Shown: positions 20,859 to 31,799, numbered from the stretch's first letter. The stretch is DNA of 64,000 bases from a bacterium (GCA_965261595.1 CBDHDG010000007.1:832001-896000), one strand, 5' to 3'. The notes: a model not told the origin generated them from the letters alone. Numbers and translations: made by a program.

Positions 20859-21800
20859 GGTCGAATACCCTCACCCGAGTGTCCAATAACCCAGGGGCGG
20901 TCCAGGCCGGTTCTCGCGGCAGACCGGAAAGAAGCCTCACCGCCGAGGGCGACAATGGAACCACCCGTGCGCCCGTCTTGGCGTCGGGCAGTCTCAATTC
21001 GTTCTGATCCAGCGCCACGTCCTCCCACCGAAGGGTCAGGATCTCGTTCTTCCGGCATCCGGTCAGCATAAGCAGACGGAGAGCGATCACCGCGGATGCC
21101 GACGCGCCGCCCCGGGTCTCGACCTCATCCAGCACCTTTCCCAGGCGGGTGAACTCGCCATCGGTCAGAAACCTTTCCCGCTTGCGCTCGGGAAACCTGA
21201 CCGCCAACCGGCAGGGGTTGCATCCCTCCGGAACGAGCCCCCAGCTCTCGGCCAGCCTGTACATCAGCGACAGGGTGCGGACCACCATGTTCGCCATCGC
21301 AGGGGTCTCGTAGAGTTCGTCATGCAGCTCCATGACCCGTGCGCGGCTGACCGCCTCCAGCGGTAGCTGACCGAGGGCGGGCACGATATGACGATTCACC
21401 ACCGTGCGGGTCGACTTCATGGTGCTCGGCTTGTAGCGCACCGCCACGTGCTCTTCGAGAAACCGCCTCGCAAGCTGGCCCACTGTCGGCCCACCGGACA
21501 GCTTCACCGCCATGGGCTCGGGCACCGGCTCCTCGCCGGCCTTGACCCGGGCGATGATCAGAGCCGCCCGCTGACGTGCCTGCTCCGCGCCGAGCACCCC
21601 GTGCCGGCCCACCGTGACCCGCTTCGGTCCCCCCGGTCCCCGGGCCTGGGCGACATAGACCTTGCCGCCCGCGGGATAGACCCGCACCCCGAAGCCGGTG
21701 AGCTCGTGATCCCAGAACACCGTGTCTTTTTCTACCTTCAGCTTCTCGACCGTGCGGTTCGAGAGCGTCTTGTATTCCAGCTTCGCCATGTCATCCAGCC

Positions 21801-22985
21801 TCATGCCGCCTCGGTGCTCCGCGGTCCGATGTGGGCGCCGATGCTGTCGCCCACCCGGGTCGCGGCCTCCTTCTCCGCGTCACGCATCAGGTGTGCGTAC
21901 CGCGCCGTGCTCGACACCTTCCTGTGACCGAGCAGCTTGCCGATCGTGGGCAGGCTCTCGCCCAGCGCCAGGGCCCTCGATGCATAGCTGTGCCGGATGT
22001 CGTGAATCCGGACGTCATCCAAGCCGGCCTGCGCCCGGATGGGTTGCCAGTAGTGGTCGAGGTTCGTCAGACCGGTCCCCGGCCTTTGTCCGACAAGCAC
22101 CCAGGGAGTGCCTTCGATACGGGGAATGCCGTTAAGCACTCTCAGCACGTGTCCGGTTAGGGGCGCCATGCGCGGACCCGACTTGGCGTCCCTGAGCCTC
22201 AACTCGCCCGCCGTCCGGTCCACGTCGTCCAAGCGCAACGTCAGGATCTCGCTCTTCCGGCATCCGGTCAGTAGCAGCAGCCGGAGCGCCGCAATCACCG
22301 GCGGCCACACCGAGCCGTCCGTTTCCGCGTCCCTCAACACACGGCCCAGCCGCCGGAACTCCTCCGGCGTCAGAAACCGCTCGCACGACCTCTCCTTGTA
22401 GCGGCGCACCGACCGGCACGGGTTCCGGCCGGGCGGCAGTCTTTCCCAGGCTTCCGCCAACGAGAACATTCTCGACAGAACCTTGACCGTCCGGTTGGCC
22501 ATTGCAGGCGTGTCACGAAGCCGGTGATGCAGCGCGGAAATCTCTCTTCGTCCTACCTCGTTGATTGACATCGCGCCCAGGGTGGGAAGAATGTGCTTGT
22601 CGAGCACGCACCGGTACGTTGCAACGGTGCTCGGCTTGCAATGCACCTTGACATGGGTGCGCAGGAACCGTTCGGACAGTTCGGCCAACGTGAGCTCCGG
22701 CTCGGGCGGCGCGGGCACGGGGTCCTCCCCCCGCTTGATGCGGTCGATGACCACGGCCGCCCGCTTCCTCGCCTCCTCGGTCGACATGTCCCCATGCCGT
22801 CCGAGGGTCACTCGCTTCGGTCCGGCCGGCCCCCGGGACTGCACTACGTAGACCTTGCGACCCGTGGCATGGACCCGCACCCCGAAGCCCGCCAGGTCCC
22901 GGTCCCAGAAGACGCCATCCTTGGCATCGACGGTGAGTGCATCCACGGTGCGTTTGGTGATCCTGAGCTCGCTCCTTCTGGGCAT
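21801..22985 (-). CDS. Tyrosine integrase with arm-binding domain (intact)
   Basis: WDRDLAGFGVRV, LTGCRKSEI, HDIRHS and LGHRKVSSTARYAH motifs; AAGGAG RBS before ATG 22985. Confidence 0.93.
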   Translation of the reverse strand: MPRRSELRITKRTVDALTVDAKDGVFWDRDLAGFGVRVHATGRKVYVVQSRGPAGPKRVTLGRHGDMSTEEARKRAAVVIDRIKRGEDPVPAPPEPELTLAELSERFLRTHVKVHCKPSTVATYRCVLDKHILPTLGAMSINEVGRREISALHHRLRDTPAMANRTVKVLSRMFSLAEAWERLPPGRNPCRSVRRYKERSCERFLTPEEFRRLGRVLRDAETDGSVWPPVIAALRLLLLTGCRKSEILTLRLDDVDRTAGELRLRDAKSGPRMAPLTGHVLRVLNGIPRIEGTPWVLVGQRPGTGLTNLDHYWQPIRAQAGLDDVRIHDIRHSYASRALALGESLPTIGKLLGHRKVSSTARYAHLMRDAEKEAATRVGDSIGAHIGPRSTEAA

Positions 22986-23197
22986 GGTCGCTCCTTGCCT
23001 TTGTTCTATGGTGATTCGGTATGCAATTCCGTAATCAAATAGAACACACGCTGCATCAAATCGGTGCGTATTTGAGCACAAGCGTGGCGGGAATGCAAGG
23101 AGCAAGAGACGGGGTAATGAAAAATAAATTCAATGTTTACAGCACTTTATCTCAGCACAGCGTTCTCGGTCGCACCATTGGCGAGGTGAGATATTTT

Positions 23198-24097
23198 AAC
23201 CAGGTTTTCCATCTTGTGAAACCAGCACCGCTGATGGGGCGTGAAGGGGTAGACCACCTCCAGCGCCGCCAACAGCCCCGGGTTGCCGTCGGTGATGATG
23301 AGGCGAAGGGAGTGACCCAAAAGCCCCCGGTGGTAGAGGTCGTCGAGGAACTTCGTCCACGTGGCCTCGCTCTCCGAGTCGGCCAGACGGAAGTCGATGA
23401 TCTCCCGCCGGCCCGCGAGTGTGACGCCCATCGCGCACAAAAGGACCTTGCGCCGGCTTCTCGACGCCCCGCGCACCTTGAAAGCCAGGCCATCCAGGAA
23501 CACACAACGGTAGTGGTCGCTCAAAGGGCGGTCGTGGAACGCCGCAACGTCTCGGCTGAGCGCCGTGCACACCCGCGAGACGGTGGAGGCGCTCACCGCT
23601 TCACCCAACAACCCCTTCACGCACGCCCCCACCCGGCGGGTGGACACCCCGGCCAGGAAGCAATCGCGAAGCGTGCGGTCCACCACCGCCCGGCGGCGCC
23701 GGTAGCGCGAACGCCCGGCTCTGAAAGCCGCCGCCGCGAACCCGGGGCACACGCAGGGCGCGGATCAGCCCCCCCTCGGTCCCCAGGTCCCGGACGTAGT
23801 GGCCGTTGGCCCAGTCGCGCCGCTTGGGCGTGCGCTCCCGGAACCCGGCCGCCAGGTAGACGGCCCGCTCCTCGGCCATCAGGCCCTCCAAAAACCCTTT
23901 CAGGCTCGCCTCGATGGGCAACTCCACCTCCCACGTCTCATTCAGCTCTTGAAATGCCCGGCCCAAATCCTTATCCCCAAAAAGCAACTTCGGTTGCATT
24001 GGGTGTGCTCCTCCAAAATGGGTTTCTTGCTCCCAGGAAGAGTACACCCTCTCTTTTTGCCCGAAAACACTTTCTACACACAAAACGGTACATCACC
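23198..24097 (-). mobile_element. IS256-family element, truncated; transposase from 23999 frameshifted near 23708
   Basis: NGHYVRDL, GVSTRRV, VFLDG, ITDGNPGL and QRCWFHK motifs; end GGTGATGTACCGTTTTGTGTGT. Confidence 0.85.
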
Positions 24098-24113
24098 GGG
24101 CATTCGCCCGCCG

Positions 24114-24142
24114 TTGACAGAATCGGGTCCGGCGCGTATAAA
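24114..24142 (+). promoter_or_regulatory. Sigma70-like promoter
   Basis: TTGACA-17 bp-TATAAA. Confidence 0.65.
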
Positions 24143-24193
24143 ATAAATGAATGAAGGATTGAATGGCGTTGCCCTCAGAAGAGGGAGGATCTT

Positions 24194-24325
24194 ATGAAGG
24201 TGAACGGGGAAAGGATAAACCGAGGTATGCCAGGGTCCCGCATGGTCCCTTCGGACCACCCTCCGCGCAAACCATGGTTTGACAATCCAAGGCCCCGTCT
24301 CTCCTTCGCCTTTCCGTGTCGATAG
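24194..24325 (+). CDS. Possible 43-aa small or leader ORF
   Basis: GAGGGAGG RBS, ATG 24194, ends FAFPCR-stop. Confidence 0.3.
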   Translation: MKVNGERINRGMPGSRMVPSDHPPRKPWFDNPRPRLSFAFPCR

Positions 24326-24551
24326 CCCCCTTCTAACCGTTTCAAAAGCCTCACATTTCGACAGAAGAAACCGCCTTCCTCAACCAGAGGTGCGGCTGAT
24401 GTTTTTCGGGAATAATTCCCGGAAGATAGCCGTTTTGTAAAGGAGGGGATGTCGTAAAAATCCCCATTTTTGGAAGTTCCAGCGCCGCGCCCGAGGTGGA
24501 TTCGCCTCAAGAATCAGCGCATCTTAGGAAGAGAGAGGGAGGGAAAAGACA

Positions 24552-25400
24552 ATGTCGGAAGGATACGCAAACCCCGAAATGCTGGTCAGCACCGACTGGG
24601 TCGCCGAGCACAAGGCCGACCCCAACGTCCGGCTCATCGAAGTCGATGTGGACACGGCGGCGTATGATGAGGGGCACATCCCCGGCGCCGTCGGCTTCAA
24701 TTGGCAGACCCAGCTTCAGGACGGGCTTCGCCGCGACCTCGCGTCCAAGGGGAACCTCGAGAAGCTGATGGGCGAGAGCGGCGTCTCTCCGGATACGACG
24801 GTGGTCGTCTACGGGGACAACAACAACTGGTTCGCCGCCTGGGCGCTCTGGCAGCTCAAGCGCCACGGCCACCAGGACGTGCGCATCATGAACGGCGGCC
24901 GGGTCAAGTGGCTGGCCGAGGGCCGCGAGACCACGAAGGATGCCCCGGGCGTCACGCCGACCACGTACAGCGCCCAGGACCCGGACGACTCCATCCGCGC
25001 CCGGCGGGATCAGGTCATCGACGCCGTGAACAAAGGGGACGTGAATCTGGTCGACGTGCGCTCGCCTGATGAGTTTTTCGGAAAACTCCTCGCCCCTCCG
25101 GGGCTCGAAGGCAAAGAAGGGTGCCAGCGGGGCGGACACATCCCCAGAGCCAAGAACATCCCGTGGGGAAAAGCCGTCAACGAGGACGGGACCTTCAAAT
25201 CCGTCGGGGATCTCCGGGACCTCTACGGAGGGCAGGAGATCGACGGCAGCGGCGAGACCATCGCTTATTGCCGGATCGGCGAGCGATCCTCGCATACGTG
25301 GTTTGTCCTGAAACACCTGCTCGGCCACGAAAACGTCCGCAACTATGACGGTTCCTGGACCGAATGGGGGAACATGGTGGACGTTCCCATCGAGAAATAA
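24552..25400 (+). CDS. Two-domain rhodanese-type sulfurtransferase
   Basis: GHIPGA, YCRIGERSS active loop, YDGSWTEW. Confidence 0.95.
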   Translation: MSEGYANPEMLVSTDWVAEHKADPNVRLIEVDVDTAAYDEGHIPGAVGFNWQTQLQDGLRRDLASKGNLEKLMGESGVSPDTTVVVYGDNNNWFAAWALWQLKRHGHQDVRIMNGGRVKWLAEGRETTKDAPGVTPTTYSAQDPDDSIRARRDQVIDAVNKGDVNLVDVRSPDEFFGKLLAPPGLEGKEGCQRGGHIPRAKNIPWGKAVNEDGTFKSVGDLRDLYGGQEIDGSGETIAYCRIGERSSHTWFVLKHLLGHENVRNYDGSWTEWGNMVDVPIEK

Positions 25401-25469
25401 GGTCGTGCGGCCGGATGGTCTTGCCGGTCCCGCGGGATCGGCAAGACCGCGAGGTCCACCCTGAGGAGA

Positions 25470-26399
25470 ATGCTTTTAATGGCGACGAGCAACCGGAAAT
25501 TGGTTGAGCAGTATCCCCTGTTGAGCCTGATCGGGAACACGCCCCTGATTCCCATCCGCCTGTTCGAAGAGACTTGTCCGGGCGTGAAGGTGCTGGCCAA
25601 GGCGGAATTCATGAATCCCGGCGGCTCGATCAAGGACCGGCCGGTGCGCCGGATGCTCCTTGAGGCCATCGCTTCGGGCGCCCTCACGTCCGAGAAGACG
25701 ATCCTGGACTCCACGTCGGGCAACGCGGGAATCGCCTACGCGATGATCGGGGCCATTCTCGAGCAGCCGGTTCTCCTCGTGATGCCGGAAAACGCCAGCG
25801 AAGAGCGTAAGAAGCGGATCCTGGCGCACGGCGCGCAGGTGAAGTTCACCGATCCCATCCTGGGGTATGACGAGGCCCTACGCGAGGCTCACCGGATTTA
25901 CGAGGCGGATCCCGGCCAGTATTACATGGCGGACCAGTATAAGAACGAAAACAATTGGCGGGCCCATTACGAGACCACGGCCGAAGAGATCCTGGCCCAG
26001 ACGGAAGGCCGCATCACTCACTTTGTCGCGGGGGTCGGGACCGGCGGCACCATCACCGGAGTCGGCCGGCGTCTCAAAGAGTACGACGCCTCCATCGAAG
26101 TGGTTCTGGTGGTTCCGGAGGAATGGCCGGGCGTGGAGGGTCTGAAACCCCTCGGTCCGGGCTATATCTCGCCCGAGATTTTCGATGAGGGCGTTGTGGA
26201 CCGCAGGGTTCCCGTCGAGATTGACCGCGCCTTGGATCTCTGCCACCGGGCGGCCCGGGAAGGGTTGTTTGTCGGGCAGTCTTCCGGGGCCTTTCTGGCG
26301 GGCGTGGAGGTCTTGACGCGGGAGATGCGGGAGGGAACGGTCGTGACCATCCTGCCGGATATGGGGGAGCGGTACTTCTCGACGCGTCTTTGGGATTAA
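25470..26399 (+). CDS. PLP-dependent cysteine synthase family protein (CysM-like)
   Basis: IGNTPL, NPGGSIKDR, TSGNAG and GVGTGGT motifs. Confidence 0.92.
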   Translation: MLLMATSNRKLVEQYPLLSLIGNTPLIPIRLFEETCPGVKVLAKAEFMNPGGSIKDRPVRRMLLEAIASGALTSEKTILDSTSGNAGIAYAMIGAILEQPVLLVMPENASEERKKRILAHGAQVKFTDPILGYDEALREAHRIYEADPGQYYMADQYKNENNWRAHYETTAEEILAQTEGRITHFVAGVGTGGTITGVGRRLKEYDASIEVVLVVPEEWPGVEGLKPLGPGYISPEIFDEGVVDRRVPVEIDRALDLCHRAAREGLFVGQSSGAFLAGVEVLTREMREGTVVTILPDMGERYFSTRLWD

Positions 26400-26629
26400 C
26401 CCGGCGGAACGCTCGGCCGCGGCGTCTGAAGAGCAAGAGCCCGTCAGGCCTTCCGAAGTTGAAGGGTCTCGCGGACGGTTTCGATCACCCGGGCGACGGA
26501 AAAAGGCTGCATCAGACTGAGGTCGGCGTCGGAGGAATCGGGGAGATTTTCTCCTTTCGGCCGGCGGCCCCAACTGGAGAAAAAGATCGCCCGGGGATCG
26601 GACGCGGTTTTCTCAATAACCTGTTCAAA

Positions 26630-28324
26630 CCCGCATTTCCCATATGGATGATAATTTTTAACGCCCCGAAGGCCGTTTTCTCGTGTAAAATCAAGGTGTT
26701 GGCCTCTCCCTGCCATCATCTTGCGAGGGGACCCGATGGGTGAAGCGAAAAAGAGGCCGTTGAGGCTCCAATTCGACGGTCGGCTCAGGCTGGAGTTTCA
26801 CGGAGCAAAGGTTACGAGTGACGCCGGTTTGCTTGCCTATCGTGAACTGGATGAGGTGTTGGGGCTGACGAAGGCGGCCGAGGGGTTTCTGTCCGATTCA
26901 CGGACGGGCGGGAACACCCGGCACAGCCTCACCGCTTTGGTGCGCCAGTCGGTCTACAGCCGCCTGGCAGGATATAAAGACACCAATGATGCCGAGCGGC
27001 TCTGTGTCGATCCCGCCATGCGTCAGGTGGTTGGGGGGCGAGCGAAGTATCACACCGCTGCCTCCACCAGCCAGATGAGCCGATTCGAGACGCAGACCCT
27101 CACCCGGCCCCTTAACCCCTCAAGGCGCTGAGCGGTCTGCCCGGTGTGTTGGTGGATCGTGTCCGCAAACGCAAGCCGATTCGCAAGCTGATCCTGGACA
27201 TGGACAGTTCGGTCAGCCCGACCCACGGTGAGCAGGAAGGCTCTTCCTACAACGGCCACTTCGGCTGCACCTGCTATCACCCACTGTTTTGCTTCAACCA
27301 GTTTGGCGATCTGGAGCGGGCGCTGTTGCGCAACGGCAAGGTCCACAGCGCTGATGACTGGCGGTCTGTATTGGAGCCGGTGGTAGCTCGCTACCGGGAT
27401 GCGAAGGTCTGTCGGTTTTTTCGAGGCGACGCGGCATTTGCCAAGCCGGAGGTGTACCGATACCTTGAGGCGGAGGGCTACTCCTATGCGATTCGGCTTC
27501 CGGCCAACGCCATCTTGTACAGGGACATCGAATGCCTTCTGACCCGGCCGGTTGGCCGACCGCCCAAAAGGCCCATTATCTTCTACCACAGCGTCTCCTA
27601 TCAGGCGGCTAGTTGGGAGAAGCCTCGCCGGGTGGTGGTGGCGGTCGAGTGGCACCAGGGCGAGTTGTTTCCAAGAGTCAGCTTCATCGTGACCAACCTG
27701 CACTGGCGGGAAGAGAACGTCGTGAGGTTCTACAACCAGCGTGGGACGGCGGAGCAGTGGATCAAGGAGGGCAAGTACGCCCTGAACTGGACGCGCCTGT
27801 CCTGCCACGGCTTTGAAGAGAACCAGGTTCGCTTGCAACTATTTGCCTTGGCGTACAACCTGGCAAACTTCCTGCGGCGGCTGGCGTTGCCCAGAGCGGT
27901 GAAGCACTGGTCGCTGACGACGTTACGCGAGAAGCTGATTAAGATTGGGGCCAAGGTGGTCACCCACGCCCGGCACACCACCTTCCAGATGGCCGAGGTG
28001 GCCGTGCCGCGTCAACTGTTCAGGGCAATCCTTGAACGAATTCGACGGTTGTGGTTACCGCCTCCCGTACCAGATACCGGATGACGGAGCAGATGGCCCG
28101 GAAGCTTAGTGACGTGGTGGAGACGGGGGATCAGTCTGTGCCGAACTCCCCTGAGTGTGCCGGTAGAGCTGGGTTTTCAAGGGATTGCGGCTTTAGGACG
28201 GCCGTTGCCCCTCGATTGAGCAGAGGGTTCTGCAAAGAGACCCTGAATCTGTAGTAAAATGGGGTACTTTGATGACACAGGAGGACCGCAGGATGGCTAA
28301 GAGTGGTCATCTGGGAAATCCCGG
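26630..28324 (+). mobile_element. IS1380-family element A; transposase 26736-28084 frameshifted near 27117
   Basis: IRL CCCGCATTTCCCAT, IRR CTGGGAAATCCCGG; protein closely related to the 3210-4601 transposase. Confidence 0.9.
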
Positions 28325-28404
28325 ATAATGTTGTGCGACGGCTCCCTGAAGAGGATCGTGAACGCTGCTCTCTGGACACTACGCCTGCGCCGTGCTGCGT
28401 TTAG

Positions 28405-30099
28405 CCTGGATATCTCACAAAGAAAGAGAGCCAAGCCGGTTTTTTTCGGGTAAACTCTTTTTGATCAACGGGTTGCCCGAAGAAAGGAGACCGACTTGAC
28501 TCGCACACAGTGTATCGCAGAACAGATGGAATTCCAAGGGTTGGGTTCTCGGCGTGTGATCGCCACTTCCAACGGCGGGGCGATCACCTCTGATGCGGGC
28601 GGTCTTTTGCTACGCGACACCGAGGGGCGGGTGAAGCTGATCGCAGGCTTCGCGGCCTGTTTTGAGGACGGTCGGGACGCGAGGCGGGTGGAAGATGAGT
28701 TGTGGGCGTTGTTGCGGCAGCGGGTGTACGCGCTGGCGCTTGGCTATGAGGACGTCAATGACCACGAGCGGCTTCGCTTTGACCCGATGCTCCAGATCCT
28801 CTCGGGCAAGCTGGAGGCCACGCGGCGCAAGGGGGGTCCGGCCCTTGCGGGCAAGAGCACGCTGAACCGTTTGGAGCGTCTTGCGGGCGATGGCGATGAG
28901 CGCTACCACAAGATCGCCTACCGAGGCGAGGCGATCGACCGGCTGTTGGTGGAGGGCTTCCTTCGGTCGCAGAGGCGGGCGCCGGGTCGGATCGTTTTGG
29001 ACATCGACGCCACCGACGACCCGGTGCACGGCTGTCAGGAGGGGCGTTTCTTCCACGGCTATCACGGTCATTACTGCTACCTTCCGCTTTACATCTTCTG
29101 CGGGGATTTCCTTTTGTGCGCTCGGCTTCGGCCCTCCAATATCGACGCCTCCTCGGGGGTGGTGGAAGAGTTGGAGCGGATCGTTGCCCAGATTCGGGCA
29201 CGCTGGCCGCAGGTGTCGATCCTGCTTCGGGCGGATTCGGACTTCTCGCGCGAGTGGATCATGGCCTGGTGCGAGGCGCAGGGGGTGGATTACGTGTTCG
29301 GCCTGGCCAAGACCTCCCGGCTGCAGGAAGCGGTGAAGGACGAGCTGGCCGAAGCGAAGGCGCGTCATCAGAGCACGGGGAAGGGGGCGCGGTTATTCCG
29401 GTCGTTTCCTCACCGGACGCTTACATCCTGGAGCCGGGTGCGGCGGGTGGTCGCCAAGGCCGAGCACCTGGCCAAGGGCGCCAATCCGCGCTTCATCGTG
29501 ACTTCGCTGGACGAGGAGGCGATCGACGCGAAGCCTCTGTACGAGCGCATCTACTGCGCCCGGGGGACGATGGAGAACCGGCTCAAGGAGCAGCAGCTCG
29601 ACCTGTACGCGGACCGGACGTCGTGCACGCGGATGCGCTCCAATCAGTTGCGGCTCTACCTGTCGGCGGTGGCCTATGAACTGATGCATGCGTTGCGTCG
29701 GCTAGGCCTTCGGGGGACGGCGTTTGCAAAGGCAACGTGTGGAACGGTGCGGACGCGGCTGCTGAAGATCGGGGCGCAGGTTCGGGTGAGCGTGCGGCGG
29801 GTGCACGTGGCCCTTGCGACGGGTTATCCGTACATGAATGTGTTCTTCCACGCCTGGCGGAACCTGCGCGCGGGGCCGGAGGGAGAGCCCGCCGTCTAAG
29901 ACAGATTGCAAAATGAACGCGCAGGGAGTCGAGGCAAACGTGCGTGCGGAGCCGAGCCAAATCGGCCAAAAAGCCCCTCTCACGGGTCAACTCCAACCAC
30001 CCACCGGCCCTGGTTCCACCGCAAAAGCGACAGACAGGAAAAAACACTCCAATTCACACCCGATAATCCATCCGCCGAGTGGGTGGTGAGAAATGCGGG
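28405..30099 (+). mobile_element. IS1380-family element B
   Basis: IRL CCTGGATATCTCAC, IRR GTGAGAAATGCGGG. Confidence 0.9.
28496..29899 (+). CDS. IS1380-family transposase
   Basis: ITSDAGGLLL, LDIDATDD, RADS and RGTMENRLKEQQ motifs. Confidence 0.93.
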   Translation: MTRTQCIAEQMEFQGLGSRRVIATSNGGAITSDAGGLLLRDTEGRVKLIAGFAACFEDGRDARRVEDELWALLRQRVYALALGYEDVNDHERLRFDPMLQILSGKLEATRRKGGPALAGKSTLNRLERLAGDGDERYHKIAYRGEAIDRLLVEGFLRSQRRAPGRIVLDIDATDDPVHGCQEGRFFHGYHGHYCYLPLYIFCGDFLLCARLRPSNIDASSGVVEELERIVAQIRARWPQVSILLRADSDFSREWIMAWCEAQGVDYVFGLAKTSRLQEAVKDELAEAKARHQSTGKGARLFRSFPHRTLTSWSRVRRVVAKAEHLAKGANPRFIVTSLDEEAIDAKPLYERIYCARGTMENRLKEQQLDLYADRTSCTRMRSNQLRLYLSAVAYELMHALRRLGLRGTAFAKATCGTVRTRLLKIGAQVRVSVRRVHVALATGYPYMNVFFHAWRNLRAGPEGEPAV

Positions 30100-31799
30100 T
30101 CAAACCCCTTTCCGCCCATTCGCCGGTCCATCAAGATCAGGTCGAGCTTTTCCATGCTGTTTTGCAGGATGGCGGCGGCCGCCTCCGCGTCGGGGGGCGC
30201 GATCACCTCATGCCCATCCATCCGCAGGACCCGTTCGAGCAGCTCGCGGACCTCGGCCTTTCCCGCAATCACCAAGATCTTCGATGAGTCATCCGATTCG
30301 AAGGGCAGGAATTCCTGCAGCGAGATTCCTTCGAGCGGAAGATAGATGGATACGGTCGTGCCGTGGCCGGGGACGCTTTTGAGGCCGATTCGGCCGGCGT
30401 TCCGCTCGACAATCGAGCGGACATTGGCGAGACCCAGGCCCGTTCCATCCACGCCTTTGGTGGTGAAATAGGGCTCGAAAACACGGTTTGTGGTGGCTTC
30501 GCTCATGCCGACGCCGGTGTCCGTGAATCGGACGACGAGCATTTCCTCCTCCACATCGGCGGAAATCGTCAGCGTTCCGCCTTGGGGCATGGCGTCCACG
30601 GCGTTGTAGATCAACTCGGCGATCACCTCCCGAACCTCGGCCTCGTTGATCTGAATGTTCGGGAGGTCGTTGGGAAACCCGCACTTCAATTCGTTCTTGA
30701 TCCCCCGCAAGGCGGGCTCGTCATGCCAGCGGCCTCGGGTGAAGGCGACGACTTCCTCGAGGGTCGCCGCCAGGTCGAGCCGCGCGACCTCTACGTCCTG
30801 CGCGGATTTCGTGAATTCCAGGATCCGGCGGATGCAGTGGGCGCCCTGCATCGACGCCCGTTCGATGTTCTCGAGGTCCTTCAGGGATTCGGCGCCATTG
30901 TTGTCGAGCATCAAGAGCTGGGCCCGGTTCAGGATGATGCCTAGAATGTTGTTGAGATCGTGTGAGACGCCGCGCATCATGGCGCCCAGCGTTCTGTATC
31001 TTTCCGACTGAAGAAGACGGGCCTTGAAGGTCTCGAGCTCCCGTTTGAGTCGAATCTGGCTCAGGGCGATTGCGGCCTGATAGGCAAACACCCGCAACGT
31101 TTCGATCACTTCATCGGCTGGCGTTTTGTCCGAGCCCCCGAAGCACGAAAGGGCGCCCAGCACCTCTCCCTGGCTCTCCAAGGGAAGCCCGACGTACCAG
31201 GAAATTCCCGCGCTCCTCAGCCAATCGAAGGACGACCAGCCTTCTTCACCCGTCACTTGCGGGAGGACGACCGTTTCCCGCAGGGTTGCAACGCGTCCGG
31301 CAACCGTTCCTTCCAACGGAATGATCAGACCCTTCGGTCCAGCGGGTTCCGGTGTCAGCGTCTGGGCCGCGATGATCCGCAGGGACGCCCGCTGATCATC
31401 CAGCGCGAGGATGTGAATGAACGCGCCGGTAAGGGCCTCGGCGGCGGAGCGGGCGATGAACCCGAGGAGCTTTCCGGAATCGCCCTCGGTCAGCAGTTTT
31501 CGGTTGATCTCTTCCTGGATCTTGGTCTCGGCAATGCGGGATTGAGACGAAGCCGAGCCGTTTGAGCGCACCATGCGGCTGAGTCCTTGAATCCGTTACG
31601 CGGTAGGTATTGGAGGCGATCCATCTGATAGAAGTCTAGCATCCTTATTCATCGGATAAAACAAAGGAGGGATTGAGGGCTTAACCTGTATTTCCCACAA
31701 AGATTCCGTTACAGGCCCGTGTATGACCGCCCCTTGGATTGTTGCCGACGCATCGGGGCGGGGTAGGAGGGGGGGCGGAGACGCCGCCGCGGAAGCGGT

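Larger units (their letters stand above)
19501..20904 (+). mobile_element. IS3-family element copy 5 (1404 bp), TSD GGCC
   Basis: TCCCCCGCTCTAGGG...GGGGCGGTCCA, GGCC on both flanks. Confidence 0.95.
19182..21789 (-). pseudogene. Tyrosine integrase with arm-binding (DUF4102-like) domain, split by IS3 copy 5
   Basis: WDHELTGFGVRV, LTGCRKNEI, HDLRHS and LGH...RYAH motifs; frame rejoins as PREPANPCVIPG. Confidence 0.92.
2851..24097. mobile_element. Decayed composite genomic island next to tRNA-Ser
   Basis: AT-rich junction directly after the tRNA, dense IS content, pseudogenes, tandem integrases near the right end; right boundary approximate. Confidence 0.7.
26444..31574 (-). pseudogene. Hybrid sensor kinase GAF-HisKA-HATPase-REC, receiver domain split by the IS1380 pair
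   Basis: SHDLNNIL, NAVDAM, DTGVGM and GTGLGL motifs; removing 26630-30099 and one TCAAA restores MDRRMGGKGFEQVIEK...QPFSVARVIETVRE. Confidence 0.88.
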
